Shown: in pieces, positions 37,165 through 49,879 of the stretch | How positions within the stretch are numbered: position 1 is the first letter of the stretch | Layout of the letters: each line of letters begins with the position of its first letter | NCBI RefSeq assembly: GCF_009834535.1 | Contig: NC_045707.1 | Location: 46,068,001 to 46,132,000 of the forward strand | From: Camelus ferus | Lineage: Eukaryota | Reading direction: 5' to 3' | Length of the DNA: 64,000 nucleotides | The notes under the pieces: model-generated | What the model saw: the letters and a program-made list of their open reading frames with translations, nothing else | The model's database searches: none | Told to the model about the DNA's origin: nothing | Made by a program: the position numbers and the translations under genes

Positions 37165-38930
37165 ATACTGATGGTTTAAAAATATGTCCATAAATTCTCC
37201 TCCATTAAAAGATGGAGACTAATTTTCTTCCTCTTGAGTGTGGGCTGTGCTTAACAAGTCACTTCTAATTAATAGAAAGTTGAGAAAGTGAAATGTTAGA
37301 TTTTGGAGACTGGGCCATAAGAGACATTGTGGGCTTTATATTTCTCTCCTTTGGATGACTAGTTCTGGGGGAAGCCAATTCCATGTCATGAGGATGTTGA
37401 ATCCTATGGAGGGGCTCACATGGCAAGAAAATGGAGGCTTCCTGCCAGCAGCCATATGAGTGCGTCATCTTGGAAGTAGATCATCCAGCCCCAGTCAAGC
37501 CTTCAGATGAACACAGCCCCAGTTGCTGTCTTTTTGAAGTAGAGTCAGTTTATGATGTGTCAATTTCTAGTGTACAGCATAATGCTTCAGTCTTATGTGA
37601 ACATACATATTTTCATTTTCATATTCTCTTCCACCATAAGTTACTACAAGATACTGAATATAGTTCCTTGTGCTATACAGTAGAAACTTGTTGTTTATCT
37701 ATTTTATATATAGTAGTTAGTATCTGCAAATCTTGAACTCCCAATTTATCCCTTCCCACCCTCTTCTCCACTGGTAACAGTAAGTTTCTTTTCTGTGTAA
37801 GTCTGTTTCTGTTTTGTAAATAAATTTTTCTTTTTTCTTTTTTTTAGATTCCACATATAAGTGATATCATATGGTATTTTTCTTTCTCTTTCTGCCTTAC
37901 TTCACTTAGAAGACAATCTCTAGTTCCATCATGTTGCTGCAAATGGCCTTATTTTATTCTTTTTTATGGCTGAGTAGTATTCCATTGTATAAATATACCA
38001 CAACTTCTTTATCCAGTCACAGTCCACCTGTTTCGGTTGTTTCCATGTCTTGGCTACTATATATAGTGCTTCTATGAACATTGGGGTCCATGTATCTTTT
38101 CAAATTAGAGTTCCCTCTGAATATATGCCCAGGAGTGGGATTACTGGATCATATGGTAAGTCTATTTTTAGTTTTTTTGAGGAATCTCTGTACTGATTTC
38201 CATAATGGCTGCACAAAACTACATTCCCACTGGCAGTGTAGGAGGGTTGCATTTTCTCCACGCCCTGTCCAGCATTTATCGTTCATGGACTTTTGAATCA
38301 GCCATTCTGACTGGTGCGAGATGATACCTCATTGTAGTTTTGATTTGCATTTCTCTGATAATTAGTGATATTGATCCTTTTTTCATGTACCTTTTGACCA
38401 TTTGTAAGTTTTCATTGGAGAATTGTTCGTCTAGGTCTCCTGCCCATTTTTGGATTGGGTTGTTTTTTTTTTATTAAGTTGTATGAGCCATTTATATATT
38501 CTGGAAATTAAACCCTTTGGTCAATTAATCTTTGACAAAGGAAGCAAGTATGTACAATGGAGTAAAGACAGTCAGTCTCTTCAGCAAATGGTGTTGGGAA
38601 AACTGGACAGCTGCATGTAAATCAGTGAAGTTAGAATATTCCCTCACACCAAACACAAAAATAAACTCAAAATGGCTTAAAGACATAAACATAAGGCAAG
38701 GCACTATAAACTTCCTAGAGGAAAACATAGGCAAAACATCATTTGACACAAGTCTTAGCAGTGTTCTCTAGTTGCCGTCTTGACTGCAAACTCTTGAGAG
38801 ATTGTGAGCCTGCACAACCCAGCTAAGCTGCTCCTGAACTCTTGACCCACAGAAACTGTGAGATAATAAATGTTTGTTGTCTTAGGCCACTAAGTGTTGC
38901 AAGGAACTTGTTGTGCAGCAACAGATGATC
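37165..38930 (+). mobile_element. MLT1 (E/F/G-like) solo LTR split by an L1 insertion
   Basis: ccagccccagtcaagccttcagatga...cagcccc | gtcttgactgca...acccagctaagctgctcctgaactcttgacccacagaaactgtgagataataaatgtttgttg is continuous MLT1 across the insertion. Confidence 0.88.
37533..38769 (-). mobile_element. Young L1 with 5' inversion (3' part on -, ORF2 piece 38517-38769 on +)
   Basis: ORF 38532-38771 ([16 protein letters not shown]...[14 protein letters not shown]...LEENIGK) is L1 ORF2p; TSD agttgc(t/c)gtctt at 37521-37532 and 38770-38781. Confidence 0.92.
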
Positions 38931-40809
38931 ATTAGGTGTGCACCTAATTTCCAAGTGCTATGTGGGTCAGTGATTGTTAAACATAGTTTTCACATCTTTA
39001 CTTCCAGTTTGTTTTCCTTTTGGTTAAGAACTTACTAGCTGAGTATATTATTTAAGCTCTCTAAGCTTCAGTTTCTTCCTCTCTGCTATGGGGATGATAA
39101 TCGATTCTACCTCAGTTCATTTTTATAGGTACCTGGTTCATAGTAGGACATGCAATAAGTGGGTAACTGCTAGTATTATTAATATATTCTCAACTAATAT
39201 AATCTTGATTTCTCTTACTTTTTAAAAAAATCCATCTTTTTTCTTATTGCCACAACTTCTCACCTCCTTGAGAAACCTGGTCAAGAACTTCATGTAACAT
39301 GGTGGGCATGGGGCTCTTTTTGCTCTTACCATGTTGTGCTGTGATAGATTGCTTATCCATCTCCCCGAACAACAATACCATTCATGAGGATAGGGAGGAA
39401 CCTACTGTCTTTGTTTCCACAGTGCCTAATGCCGGATAAATGAATGGATAAGTTATGCAGCTTCCTCTGCTGTGTTTACACATAAGTTGTTATTGGCACT
39501 TGATGTCATTTAAATGATTAACCCTTATCTCCAGCCAAAGAGGGTACATATGAAAAAGCAAAAGCAAATTGGAGACTCTGTTGTTCATTTTGCTCTCTGC
39601 CTTCCCAGCCCAAGAAGCCTATGATTTTAGTGCTGATTTGTTATGGGTAGGTAAGAGTTCTCGTTTCCATATCCTTTTAACATACAGGGGTCATTAGAAG
39701 CAGGGGGAATATTGCCGTGCAAACCTCTTCACGGTAGCCAGCATATAGTGATTATTCGAGGCATTTTAAATTTCAAATTGTGATTCAAGTTATTTATTGC
39801 AACACAGATTTTCTTATAGAGGTCATTAAACATTTTCCTCTAATGTTGGAAGGCAGCATAGAACAGAGAAAGTGAACAGGGTTGTTTTGACCTAGGTCCC
39901 AAGTCGGGGTTCCAGGAACTTAAGAGCTATTTTAGCCCATTCAGTATAACCAGGCTTCCATGAGTCTTCTAATCCCACATTCCCGCTCTTTGGTGTCTGC
40001 TTATTCAGTTAACATTTTACAGGTATTTACCATATGTCAGACAATGCTGGGCACAGGGGCTCTACGAACAAATGAGACCCCAGTCCCATCCCTTAGTGAC
40101 TTCTGAGGACTGACAAGTTGGGGTCTACACGTGGGGCAAATGGATACCAGGCAGCTCTCCATCATGGCATTATTGGGTTAAATATCTCTCAGCACAGATT
40201 CTGGGTCAGATTGAGCCCCTGGTGATTATGTCTTTCCAGTTGGTAGGTTTAGACACTATGGAGCAATCCAGAATGGTGTTTACTTTCAGTTTTGCTTTGC
40301 TAAAAGAAATCTGGGGCTTGTTACTCTGCTGTTAAAACATTGAATAGTTATACATGAGACAGTAAATATGTAAGCCGAAGTTAGTAATTTTAATACCTCT
40401 TCTGCTGAAGCCAAATGGGAGGAAGAGCCAGATCTGGTGGGATATGAGCCTTATGCTTCAGAATCAAAAACAAAGGGATACTCAGCAGAATTTAACCAGG
40501 GAGGAGGGACTGTCCCCATCATAAATACACAATCCAGTCAGCAGAGTCCTAGAAACTGGAATAAGACAACTTATTCATGTGGCTCAGTGTCTTTCCTGGT
40601 ACTCCTTGACAAATTCATCTGTCTAATCCACTCATCCAATCCATCCATCCATCCATCATCCAATCCATCCGTCCTTTCATCCACAAGTACCTGCTGCATG
40701 TCAGAAACAAACAGAGATAAAAGACATAGTTCTTATTCTCAAGAAGTCTGTGATCTAATAGAGATAGAAAATTAATGGACAGTTACAACATGGTATGATA
40801 TATTTTAAA

Positions 40810-41350
40810 AAATTAACACTCTGTGTTAGTAAAGGAAAAAGGAAATGAATATTCTTAAATGCTGATGCTGGGAATATTAATTGATACAGTTGTTCTGGAG
40901 AGAAATTTAGAAATACAAATACTCTAATTTTTATTTCCATTTGTCAAGCAGTTTCACTTACAGAAATCCATCTGGAGCATATAATAATGGAAATGTACAT
41001 AGATGTGAGAGAATGTTTATTATTGTTTTTTCATGATAGCCAGAAAAAAGGGAAACAGATGAAATGTGCAGCAGTAGGGGATTAGTTTGTTATAACCTTG
41101 TCTGGACATACAATGAAGTACAGGGCGGTCTTGAAACAATATGTTTTGGAGGAGAGTTAGGGGACCTCTGGAATGTTAATGCCACATTGTTAGATGAAAA
41201 TAGTAGGTCACAAAATCATAATAGTATTCCAGTTTTGCATACTAATATATGCATAAAAACAATGCTGGCAGTGGCTATCTCTGAGTTATTTTGATCTTAA
41301 AATTTTTGTTCTTTGTGGATTCCCAAATTTTCTACAGTGAACATTACTTA
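40810..41350 (+). mobile_element. Old L1ME 3' end
   Basis: tgctgatgctgggaatattaattgatacag...gaatgtttattattg...ccaaattttctacagtgaacattacta. Confidence 0.7.
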
Positions 41351-41829
41351 CCTTTGTAGTTATGAAAACCCATCACCAATAGACGTAATAAAAGTGCAGC
41401 TTGACTAGGGGCTTTGGCTCAGTGCACTGGGCACTGAGATGAGAGCTCAGGAGTAGAGCTCAGCTGAAACAAAGCTGTTCTGTTTCCCATGCTCGCATAT
41501 GTACATGAATTTATTCAGCACAAGCTCGTGTTTGCACGTGTGAGCCAGGAAATAAGGTTAGAGAGGGAGGCAGGAGCCAGCTCTTGTAGGGCTGCACAGG
41601 CCATGTTAGGACTTTGGATTTTGTTCTAAATGAGATGGAAACTGTTGGAGGATTTTGAACTGAGGAGTAGAAGGGTCGGATCACTTTGGCAGCTCTGAGC
41701 CACCGTGGTAGAGGTAGCTGTGGAGAGAAGGCTACTTCCATTGAAATGTTTGGAGAGCTGGAGTCCTTGGCTTTGCCAAATATTTGTCCACTTAAGCCAT
41801 GACTCGGTGTGGTCAGCAGGGTGGCTGCA

Positions 41830-42275
41830 GGCCCCTGTGTACCAGACAGCTTCCATTGGCACCCCCAGATCTCCCTTCCCTGCCTGCTCTGAGCCCTGGG
41901 AGACTGACTTATGTGAACCAGTTACAGGCTCCCTATCCCTGGTTTCCCACTGGCTTTGGCCAGTCGAGAGTTTTCGGGGGACAAGAGTCATGTTGGAGTA
42001 AATTTCTCTCCAGCTTCTCCCTGTCAAGCCGCCTCTGAGTCCCTTGACCACAAGTTTCAGCTCGTGTCAAGGAGCTTCTCTCCACATTACTCTCTCCTTC
42101 TGGCGCCAGTCAGCATCCCTTCCTCTCACCCTGTCAGGCCTGCGGTGGTGGCTGTCCCTGGTCATGAGTTCTGGCCCAGTACTCTGCCCACACCTTTGTA
42201 AACAATCTCTTCATTAATCTCACTTCAGATTTCAGTCTGAATTTGCCATCTCTTTGTAGCAGAAACTCTACGATA
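41830..42275 (+). mobile_element. LTR33-like (ERVL) solo LTR
   Basis: cctgctctgagccctgggagactgac...ggctttggccagt...ctctgcccacacctttgtaaacaatctcttcattaa...tttgccatct. Confidence 0.75.
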
Positions 42276-42619
42276 ATCCATCTTCTTCCTGGTTGGATCC
42301 AGGGATGTTCTGACTGAACAGGGGATCAGGGGCTGAGTCCACAGCCCAGAGTGGCCTTGGTGGTTAGATAGACTTTCCAGAATGGGCATGAGTGATGTGA
42401 TTCCAGGTGAGGTCTGCCCTCATGTGCTCGTGGGCACCTCTGCAGTTGTTCTCTGGGTCCCCGCCTGCCCCCGAGGACTCCCCCAGACCTTGGGAAGGAG
42501 ACTAACTTATGTCTTTTTTCATCTGCCCTCACTCCCAACACACACTAAATTCAGAAGGACTTTTAACTTTTCCTTGTACTTTAGAATCAGTGAACTTGGC
42601 AAAAGAAGGTTGTACACTG

Positions 42620-42830
42620 ATAGTGTGGTGCAGAGGTTAAGGGCTTGGACTGCAGTCAGGTGGATCTGGGTTCAAATCCTGACTGCTACCTGCTGCTGGG
42701 CAACCTTGAACAAGTCACTTTACCTCTCTGTGCCTCAGTTTCACCTGTAAAATGAGGATAATATCATGTCATCTCCCTTATGTGTCGTCACACGGATTAA
42801 CTGAGATGATGCACAGTGCTTGACGTATTA
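42620..42830 (+). mobile_element. MIR SINE
   Basis: ctgggttcaaatcctgactgctacc...caagtcactttacctctctgtgcctcagtttc. Confidence 0.9.
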
Positions 42831-42849
42831 AGCCAGCTTTAAAAAAAAT

Positions 42850-43175
42850 TTGCAAGATAAATGAGGAAATTAGAACACAAGCAGAATATTTGGTTATAGA
42901 GAGGCTTTATTGTCAAATTTTTAGGTGTCATAGTAGTTGTGTGGTTATGTTTAAAAAACAAGAATTTTTATCTTTTAGAAATACATACTAAAGTATTTAT
43001 GGATAAAGTATGATATTTGGAGTTGATTTCAAAATTACCCATTTGGCTTATGGATCGTGGCTGGGAGTTTAATCATAAATTACTAATTATTAAAGCTGGA
43101 TTATGGTTACACGGGAATTCGCTTTCATGTTCTCTCTCTTTTGTGTGTTTGCAATTTCTACAATAAAAAGTTTGA
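42850..43175 (+). mobile_element. L1MC-like 3' end
   Basis: tttttaggtgtcatagtagttgtgtggttatg...tatcttttagaaatacatactaaagtatttatggata...caataaaaag. Confidence 0.8.
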
Positions 43176-45189
43176 AGTTCACAACCAATAGAAGTTCAGC
43201 GGAAGATGAGCAAATAAATATCCCTTAACTTAATGTCTTTCTTCTTGAGAAGCAAATGAATGCCTTAAAAAACTTCCTTTCTTCGTGGTATTCTCTATTC
43301 AGCCTCTCACAGATGTTAAGTTTCCTTTCAAAGGCTGTTTTGGGGTCATCTGTCCTCAAGGAGTGGTGAAGTGTTTTGCTGTAACAACAGCAAAGGGTCT
43401 TTTACTTAATGACTTTTAAACTACACTCTGCTTTGTACTTTCAAAAATAATGTCTTCCAAGGGATTAGGCTCACCAGATGGCATGGTTTGCTTTTAGATT
43501 GGGTTGGAGACTTAAAAAACATTAGCCTCACCAAGACAGTGTCTTTTTGAGGAAGGCAAAGTGGGAGGAGGAGCCCTGGGCTGAGAAACATGAGTGACCT
43601 CACCTCGGTCTTATTTCAGCTTTCTCACTAACAGGCTGTGTGCCTTCAGACACATCATTTAGCTTCTCAGTTTCCATAGGTAAGACTAATTTCTCTGGTC
43701 CCTTTTAATTCCCAAAACTTAATTTTTAATGATAACTCTCTGACTAAATACATTCACATTCACGAGAGAAAATCAGGAGCACTTGGAAAAGGCAAAAACA
43801 GGCATAAAAATGGTTGTAGTTCCACCACCTGCAAGATAATTCAGTGTCTTTCGATGCCTGTACATGGTATTAGTCTTAAGAATCAAATTCATATAACGTA
43901 TTTTACTGAACAGCTGGACCACCAACGGAGTATAAAGATGAGTGAACGTGGTCGCTGCCCTCTAGGAGTTGGAAGTTTAATGGGAATACCGTTCCCTGCA
44001 GCTTTACGTGTTCTTCCCATGAGGCAGGAAAGCCCTTTCACCTGTCACTTAAATCCGCCTTGTTTTAATGCCATTTGTGATACAGTTTTGCTCATATGTG
44101 AGGACATTTTCCCTGAATGTCATGTCGTCTGACTCTGAGCAGAAGCAGAGCTCCTGTAGGCAGGCTGATGAGGAGAGGACAGACTTTCTTCATGACACTC
44201 ATTTTCTTTACCTACCTACCCTGAGCATGCCAGCACTGCCGGGGAGAAGCATCCTGTGTGACTGGAGTGTCTCCTGCTCTTCCTCAGGCCAGTGCTGTCA
44301 CATCTGATGCAGGCGTGATGAGCAGTTTAATAGCCTCCGAGTGGAGGAAGCATTAGGAATAACAGATCACCTGGAAGCCAGCCTTCCTTAAAGGACCCGG
44401 GGACAATTCACCTTGCCACAGGAAGCCGCTAGGAATCTGCCTAATCTGATAAGAGGGGAGAGCAGGGCGAAAGGGGTAGGAACACTGAGCAGCTTCAACT
44501 TATTTGGATAAGATATGTTAATAAAGGCCACTTAACTTTCATCCAGCCAGCCAAGGATGCTTTATTTATTCATAAAAGTTTTGGCGTATTTTTCTACTCC
44601 AGTTTTGAAGTGGAGATACGTGACCCCTGCTTGGCAGAATGCCTTGCTTATCCCACACCATCCTTATAACCTTGCGCTCGTTTCAGGGAAATCTGGGTCT
44701 GTGGCTGAAGCAATTAAGAGCAGTCTTCTTGCATTATACTCACCTTCCCTGAATGTAACGTTCCCCTGGATGGTCAGCTTGAACAGTAATTACTGTGTGT
44801 TTTTTCTGCCACAAACATTGTTTGTGTTATCTGTGTTATCCTTCAGTTGAGCTAAGATAAATGTCTGCTGCCATTCGATTACTTGAAGAAGATCCTTAGT
44901 CCCACAAAGGAAATTTGTCTTCCAGGGTGCAGGAAAGAGACATGAAAGAAGTAAATATTACTGATGGCATGCATTTGAGATTTCCTAGTTCTTAAGAGAT
45001 TCAGGCCTGACCATAACTTCTTTGGGTGTTAACCAAAAAGGCAGTTAGAAACAGAGAAAAGTAAAAGAGCATCCAAGGCTGAAAATCAATGTTGGATTAT
45101 ATACAGAGAAGGAAATTCAAATCCCATAACAGAAATGGGCCTTGGAAAAGCTACCTTCCCCAGGAGAGTGGCACAGAACACATGCAGCA

Positions 45190-45465
45190 CGGGGACTCGT
45201 GTGTTGTTCAGCTTGGAAGAGAAAGTTCAGGAATAACACATTGGCTGTCAGTAGATATTTAAAGGGCTGCCATGTGGAAGGGGATTAAATGTTTTCTGTG
45301 TGTGGTGCAAAGGGGTTGAACTGATTATATTCATGTGTGAACACAGGAGAGAGACGGATTTCTCTTTAGTCTGAGGAGATATTTCCAGGGAGCTGTGCAG
45401 AGATGGGAAGAGGTCTTTGCAGAGAGAAGTAGAAAGCTTCTGGTCACCAGGTAGAGGCTGGGAGA
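45190..45465 (+). mobile_element. CR1/L3 LINE 3' fragment
   Basis: atatttaaagggctgccatgtggaaggggattaaatgttttctgtgtg matches the recalled L3 3' consensus. Confidence 0.7.
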
Positions 45466-45479
45466 CTGCGTCTCCTCTT

Positions 45480-45997
45480 TTCTCATTCACTCTTCCTCTT
45501 GCTATACGCCAGCCACGCTTCTTTTTTCTAGTTCCCTAAAGGAGCCTCGCTCTTTTCTTAACTCTTGCCTGTGCCTGGAATGCCTCATGCAGCCTCCCCA
45601 CTTCAGCCTCCTGCTCTTCCTATAGTTCTCAGCATCATTGTTACGTCCTCATATAGGTCTTTCCTGTCCCCTTTATCTAAAGATGGTCTTTTAAAACTGT
45701 ACCATAATAATACGTATTTTTCCTTTATAGCACTTACCAAATTAAAGTGTGTATGTACACACACATATCACATGTATAACACACATATCTCACAGGTATG
45801 TATCATATACACATTTATAGAAAACAATACAAATGTAATTTGTGTCACCATTTGTTTAACGTATGTCTTACCACTAGAAGGTGAACTTTGCAAAAGGTAC
45901 CATGTCTGTTTTGTTCATTCCTCTATTGTATTATGTACAGTGCCTGGAGCCTAGTATGTGCTCAATAAATGTGTTGAATGAGTGAATGAATGAAATT
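45480..45997 (+). mobile_element. L2 LINE 3' end
   Basis: gtctgttttgttcattc...cagtgcctggagcctagtatgtgctcaataaatgtgttgaatgagtgaatgaatgaa. Confidence 0.85.
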
Positions 45998-46019
45998 CAG
46001 CCATCAGAGTGTCTTGATT

Positions 46020-46478
46020 AGTATGACTCTAAGAGTGGGACACGAACCACTAGAGATGATGTTAGATGGGGCCTGGATCTAGCCCTAAATAATATTGCAT
46101 CACCTTTTGTGAAAGTAATTTCTTTTCAGTTTGCTTTCATCTTTTCTGATTTTGTCAAGGAGAAAAGTTCGGTTTAATGATGGTCTTTAATCGACGCTTG
46201 CCAATCTCCCCTACCAGTGCAGAGCGAGATCAGGCCTCAGCAAGCAACACTGTCTAGCTGGAATTTAATAACATGTTTTACTTTTATTGCATTCATTTGT
46301 TGGTTGCTTTTATTTGTGGCAAGTGATATTGATTTCCTTTATGGAAGTGATCCAAAGTTTTCTTTTAAAATAAAACTATATTAAGTACAAATATTACTTT
46401 ATTTAGAGAAAAATACTAAGGAAATAATAGTACAGTTATGATATGATGGTGGTTCTTGAATGACTGAAATTTTGGTTC
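46020..46478. mobile_element. Charlie4-like hAT DNA transposon fossil
   Basis: caagtgatattgatttcctttatggaagtgat...aaataatagtacag...gaatgactgaaattttgg resembles the recalled Charlie4 end. Confidence 0.6.
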
Positions 46479-48137
46479 TTGAAGGATCTGAAATTTTAGA
46501 ATCTTCTGGAAGGTCACTGGTTCCCAAGAGTTCATCCCCAAACCAGTTCAGGTCCCTGACCAAGTAAATGCCATGAAGTCAGAGTTTCATAAAGCTCAAT
46601 TTAATCATTGTCATTCTGATAGCATGTCCTTTTTTGATATTAAAGTGTCTTTTTCCAAAATAGACAGTGATTTAAAAAATGTTCTCAACTTGGCAAAATA
46701 AAGTGTTGGCAGTCCCATATTGTTCATTGTTCATTCCCTTATAATTGGGTAGGATGATGTGGGGAAGGCAGTCTCATTGGCTTGGAGTCCAGAGGTCCAG
46801 GCCTCGCTGGTATTAGAGGACCTTTGTGGTCCCTCTGGTGCAGAGAGTAGATTTAATAGTTGCAGGTAAAATCTTGTGTGCCCTCTGTGTGAACAGCCAT
46901 TGTGTGTGTGTGTGTGTGCACGCGCATGTGTGTGCAAACCAGATGGCTCCCTGGTCGCCAATGTAAATACAGTTGTATTATACCATCCTTTCTGTTAAAA
47001 GGATTTGTGTGTTTTCCATTTATTTCAAGTAGGGATTCCAAGTACCATATCTATAATGAAAGAGGATATGTAAATAATTTATAGAAACGATCAGTAGTGT
47101 ATGAGAGGTATAATGGGAGAGAGAGAGCAGGTTGGAGGAGGTTGGGGGGGTGATCCTGCAGCATCTCCTGTTGGAGAGAGGAAAGGGGTGGGGGAGTCCA
47201 AGGGTGTTGGCTCTGATATGGAAGGATGGATTTTCCAAGGGCAGCAACCCCCCCATTTCCTGAGGTAGGTGTCGGGCTGCGAGAAGAGGGGAGTGGGGTT
47301 GGCAGGGGAGAGATAGGCCTGTCACCTCTGGAAGGATCCACAGTCAGGTGCTGCTGAGTGCCAGGAGGCCTCTGTCACCCAGGCAGCAGCCGGGAAAGAA
47401 GCTGCAGCATTGTTGTAACTGCCGCCTTTTCCTGCCATTTGTGTCTGTGCCGAATTTGCTTTGCTTACAGAACCTGTACCCTGGGGCTAAGACTCATATT
47501 CCTGTTAGAAATTCAGCAGAGGTATGAAGACCGGAGAGAGTATGGCCTTACTGATAGAGTCAGGTTTGGCAACTGCCTGATTAAAACCATCCAAAGAACC
47601 GGACCCTTAAAGTGACGTAAACTAGATGTAACCCCTGGTCAGTGTTTTGGCTTTGCGTTTGCAGCGGCTGCCATTGGTGACATTGTTTACTGTGGTCAGT
47701 GTCGTCTGTCACCATCCAAGCTGGTTATCCATGGTGTATATGTGTGTGCACCTGTCTGTGCACGTGTGCTCACGCATATCCAAGTCAGTGGCTCCTGCTG
47801 ATGTTCAAATCTGAGCCATGTGATAAAAGGTCTATACTTTCAACTCAGCAACTACTCAGCAGGTATTTCTGGAGCACCTGCCAGGCATCATGGTTGTGGG
47901 TGGTGGGGTGCTCTGTGCGTGGTACGTGTCTGTGTCTGCCCCTTCATACAACTCATGTTTGCAACAGTATCATGTAAGTTAGAGTGAAGCAAGGACTACA
48001 AGAAAGGAATCAACAAAATACCCCAGGACCACAGAGGAAGGAACATTTACTTCTAGGTGGCTTTACTGACATTTGATACGGGCCCCGAGAAGATAGAATG
48101 GGGTGATGGGGAGATGGTAAGGATGTGCCATCCTGCG

Positions 48138-48372
48138 ATGACAGAGCATGAGTAAAGCGATGGGAGAATATTCTGTCTGGGGAGTGATGCTGTGTGAAGT
48201 AACCCCCGGATTATCACACAGCATGTGGATGATAGTATCGGTAAGGGATAGTCGTACTATCGGTAAGGGATATGACAGAGCGTGAATAAAGAGATGGGAG
48301 AATATTCTGTTTGGGAAGTGAAGTAACCCCCAGATTATCACACAGTACGTGGGTGATAGTATCAATAAGGGG
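48138..48372. repeat. Diverged local duplication, period 134 bp
   Basis: atgacagagc...gatgggagaatattctgt...gtgaagtaacccc...ttatcacacag...gatagtatc at 48138 and 48272. Confidence 0.92.
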
Positions 48373-48452
48373 TATCTTTATACTTTCTGTTTGTAGAGTG
48401 CTGCACGATAGTGGCAGTAGATGATGCTGATGGGAGCATGTGAATGCCACAG

Positions 48453-48545
48453 GGCAACGGGGAAAGTCAGAGGCAATGCAGATTGACAGCTGGTAGAAAG
48501 GCGACGGGGAAAGTCAGAGGCAATGCAGATTGACAGCTGGTAGAA
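48453..48545. repeat. 47-bp tandem duplication, one mismatch
   Basis: ggc(a/g)acggggaaagtcagaggcaatgcagattgacagctggtagaa at 48453 and 48500. Confidence 0.95.
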
Positions 48546-48962
48546 GCATTTAGACCTGCTTTACGGTCATCAGTTAATAGATATCTTTATGAAGAAGGTT
48601 CCGGTAGACTATACTTTGCCTTACACCTTGATTTTCGAGGGGATGCATTTGAGAACATATAGACTGTTTGACAGATGACCAAATGAATAATGTTACATCC
48701 AGCAGAGTGTGATTTTCTCTATACTTTGACCATAATCAAAAGAACTATGTTTTTCTTTGAAGAGTCTGAATTCTTTTAATGTAACATGCTTAAGGAGAGC
48801 TTTCTACTTTAAATTATGTTTACCATGGCAGGAGTTGATCTTTCCCCAATATAATCCAAATGTTACACTTTTAAATTAAAAACAACTTGAAACCAATGAG
48901 TAGAACAGCAGATCTGCTGTTTACTGTCAGTCTGCATTAAACCCAGTGGTCCTTCTAAGTGT

Positions 48963-48981
48963 TTGCCAGCAGGTGGTGACA
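48963..48981 (+). promoter_or_regulatory. Candidate CTCF motif
   Basis: ttgccagcaggtggtgaca fits CCASYAGRKGGCR with one core mismatch; motif only, no binding data. Confidence 0.4.
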
Positions 48982-49879
48982 GTGCTATCTGTGCCGCTTG
49001 TTCTGTTATTTATTTATTATTTAGAAAACACATACTACCTGCTCCATTATAGGAAAAACTAGAAAGGACATTGAAGATGGGTGGGTGGGAATCGACTGGT
49101 CCCATCATTTGTAGGGAAATCACTGATAAAGTTCTGGCATGTGACAGCCTTTGGTGCACACTGACAAAGCCAGCTCAGTGGTTCACAGTGAATAAGGTCA
49201 TGTTTGGTAGATATCTGTGACTTCCAGTGATTACAGATCCTCAGAGGTGAGGACTATGGGTCTTCACTCCCACAGCTGCCCAAAGAGGTAGAAGGGTAAA
49301 GCAAAAGCTGTTCTCTGAACCAAATCCTGCTGCGAGGACAAACATGCATCACCCCGCGGGCACACAGCCCGTGCTGGGAACTGCTGGGAGACCCCGACTC
49401 CCAGCCTCCTAGGCACTCACACGAGCACCCTGCGTGGAAGACCGTGGGGTATGCAGTGGTAGTTTTGTAGCTGAAGGGTTCAGCTGGCCTCATAGACTGC
49501 TCCAGCCACAGAACCCACCTTCATACGGAGCTGGAGGGACTTAGGCTGCCGGGCTTGCCTGTTTCTCGTTCTCTGGTCGTGAGAGGGCAGAGATGCTGTA
49601 GAGTATTTCAGGCTGATCCATATATTTTGAACCTGGATTTTTATCAGTAAAAGAATATTCCCCATGTCCATTATGTTTATTAATAAACTCCTCTCTGGTA
49701 TTGATTAAAGGTAGAGGTAGTTGAAGACTTACAATAACCACTTCTGGAGTGTCAATGTTTGGTTAGATCCTTTCAAATGCTAAATAACTGCTTACTCCTA
49801 GCATATAAATTAAAACTCACACATCTGTATGTCACACTCTTTATGCAAGAGTATTTTGAAGAGAATTAGAGACACATTT

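Noticed and set aside
38532..38771. ORF with protein similarity
   Set aside because: Inverted L1 ORF2 fragment, not a host CDS.
43953..43970. CTCF-like motif on - strand
   Set aside because: Two mismatches in the 5' core; too weak without binding data.
48138..48545. CRISPR-like repeat array
   Set aside because: Only two copies per unit, no unique spacers, mammalian context.
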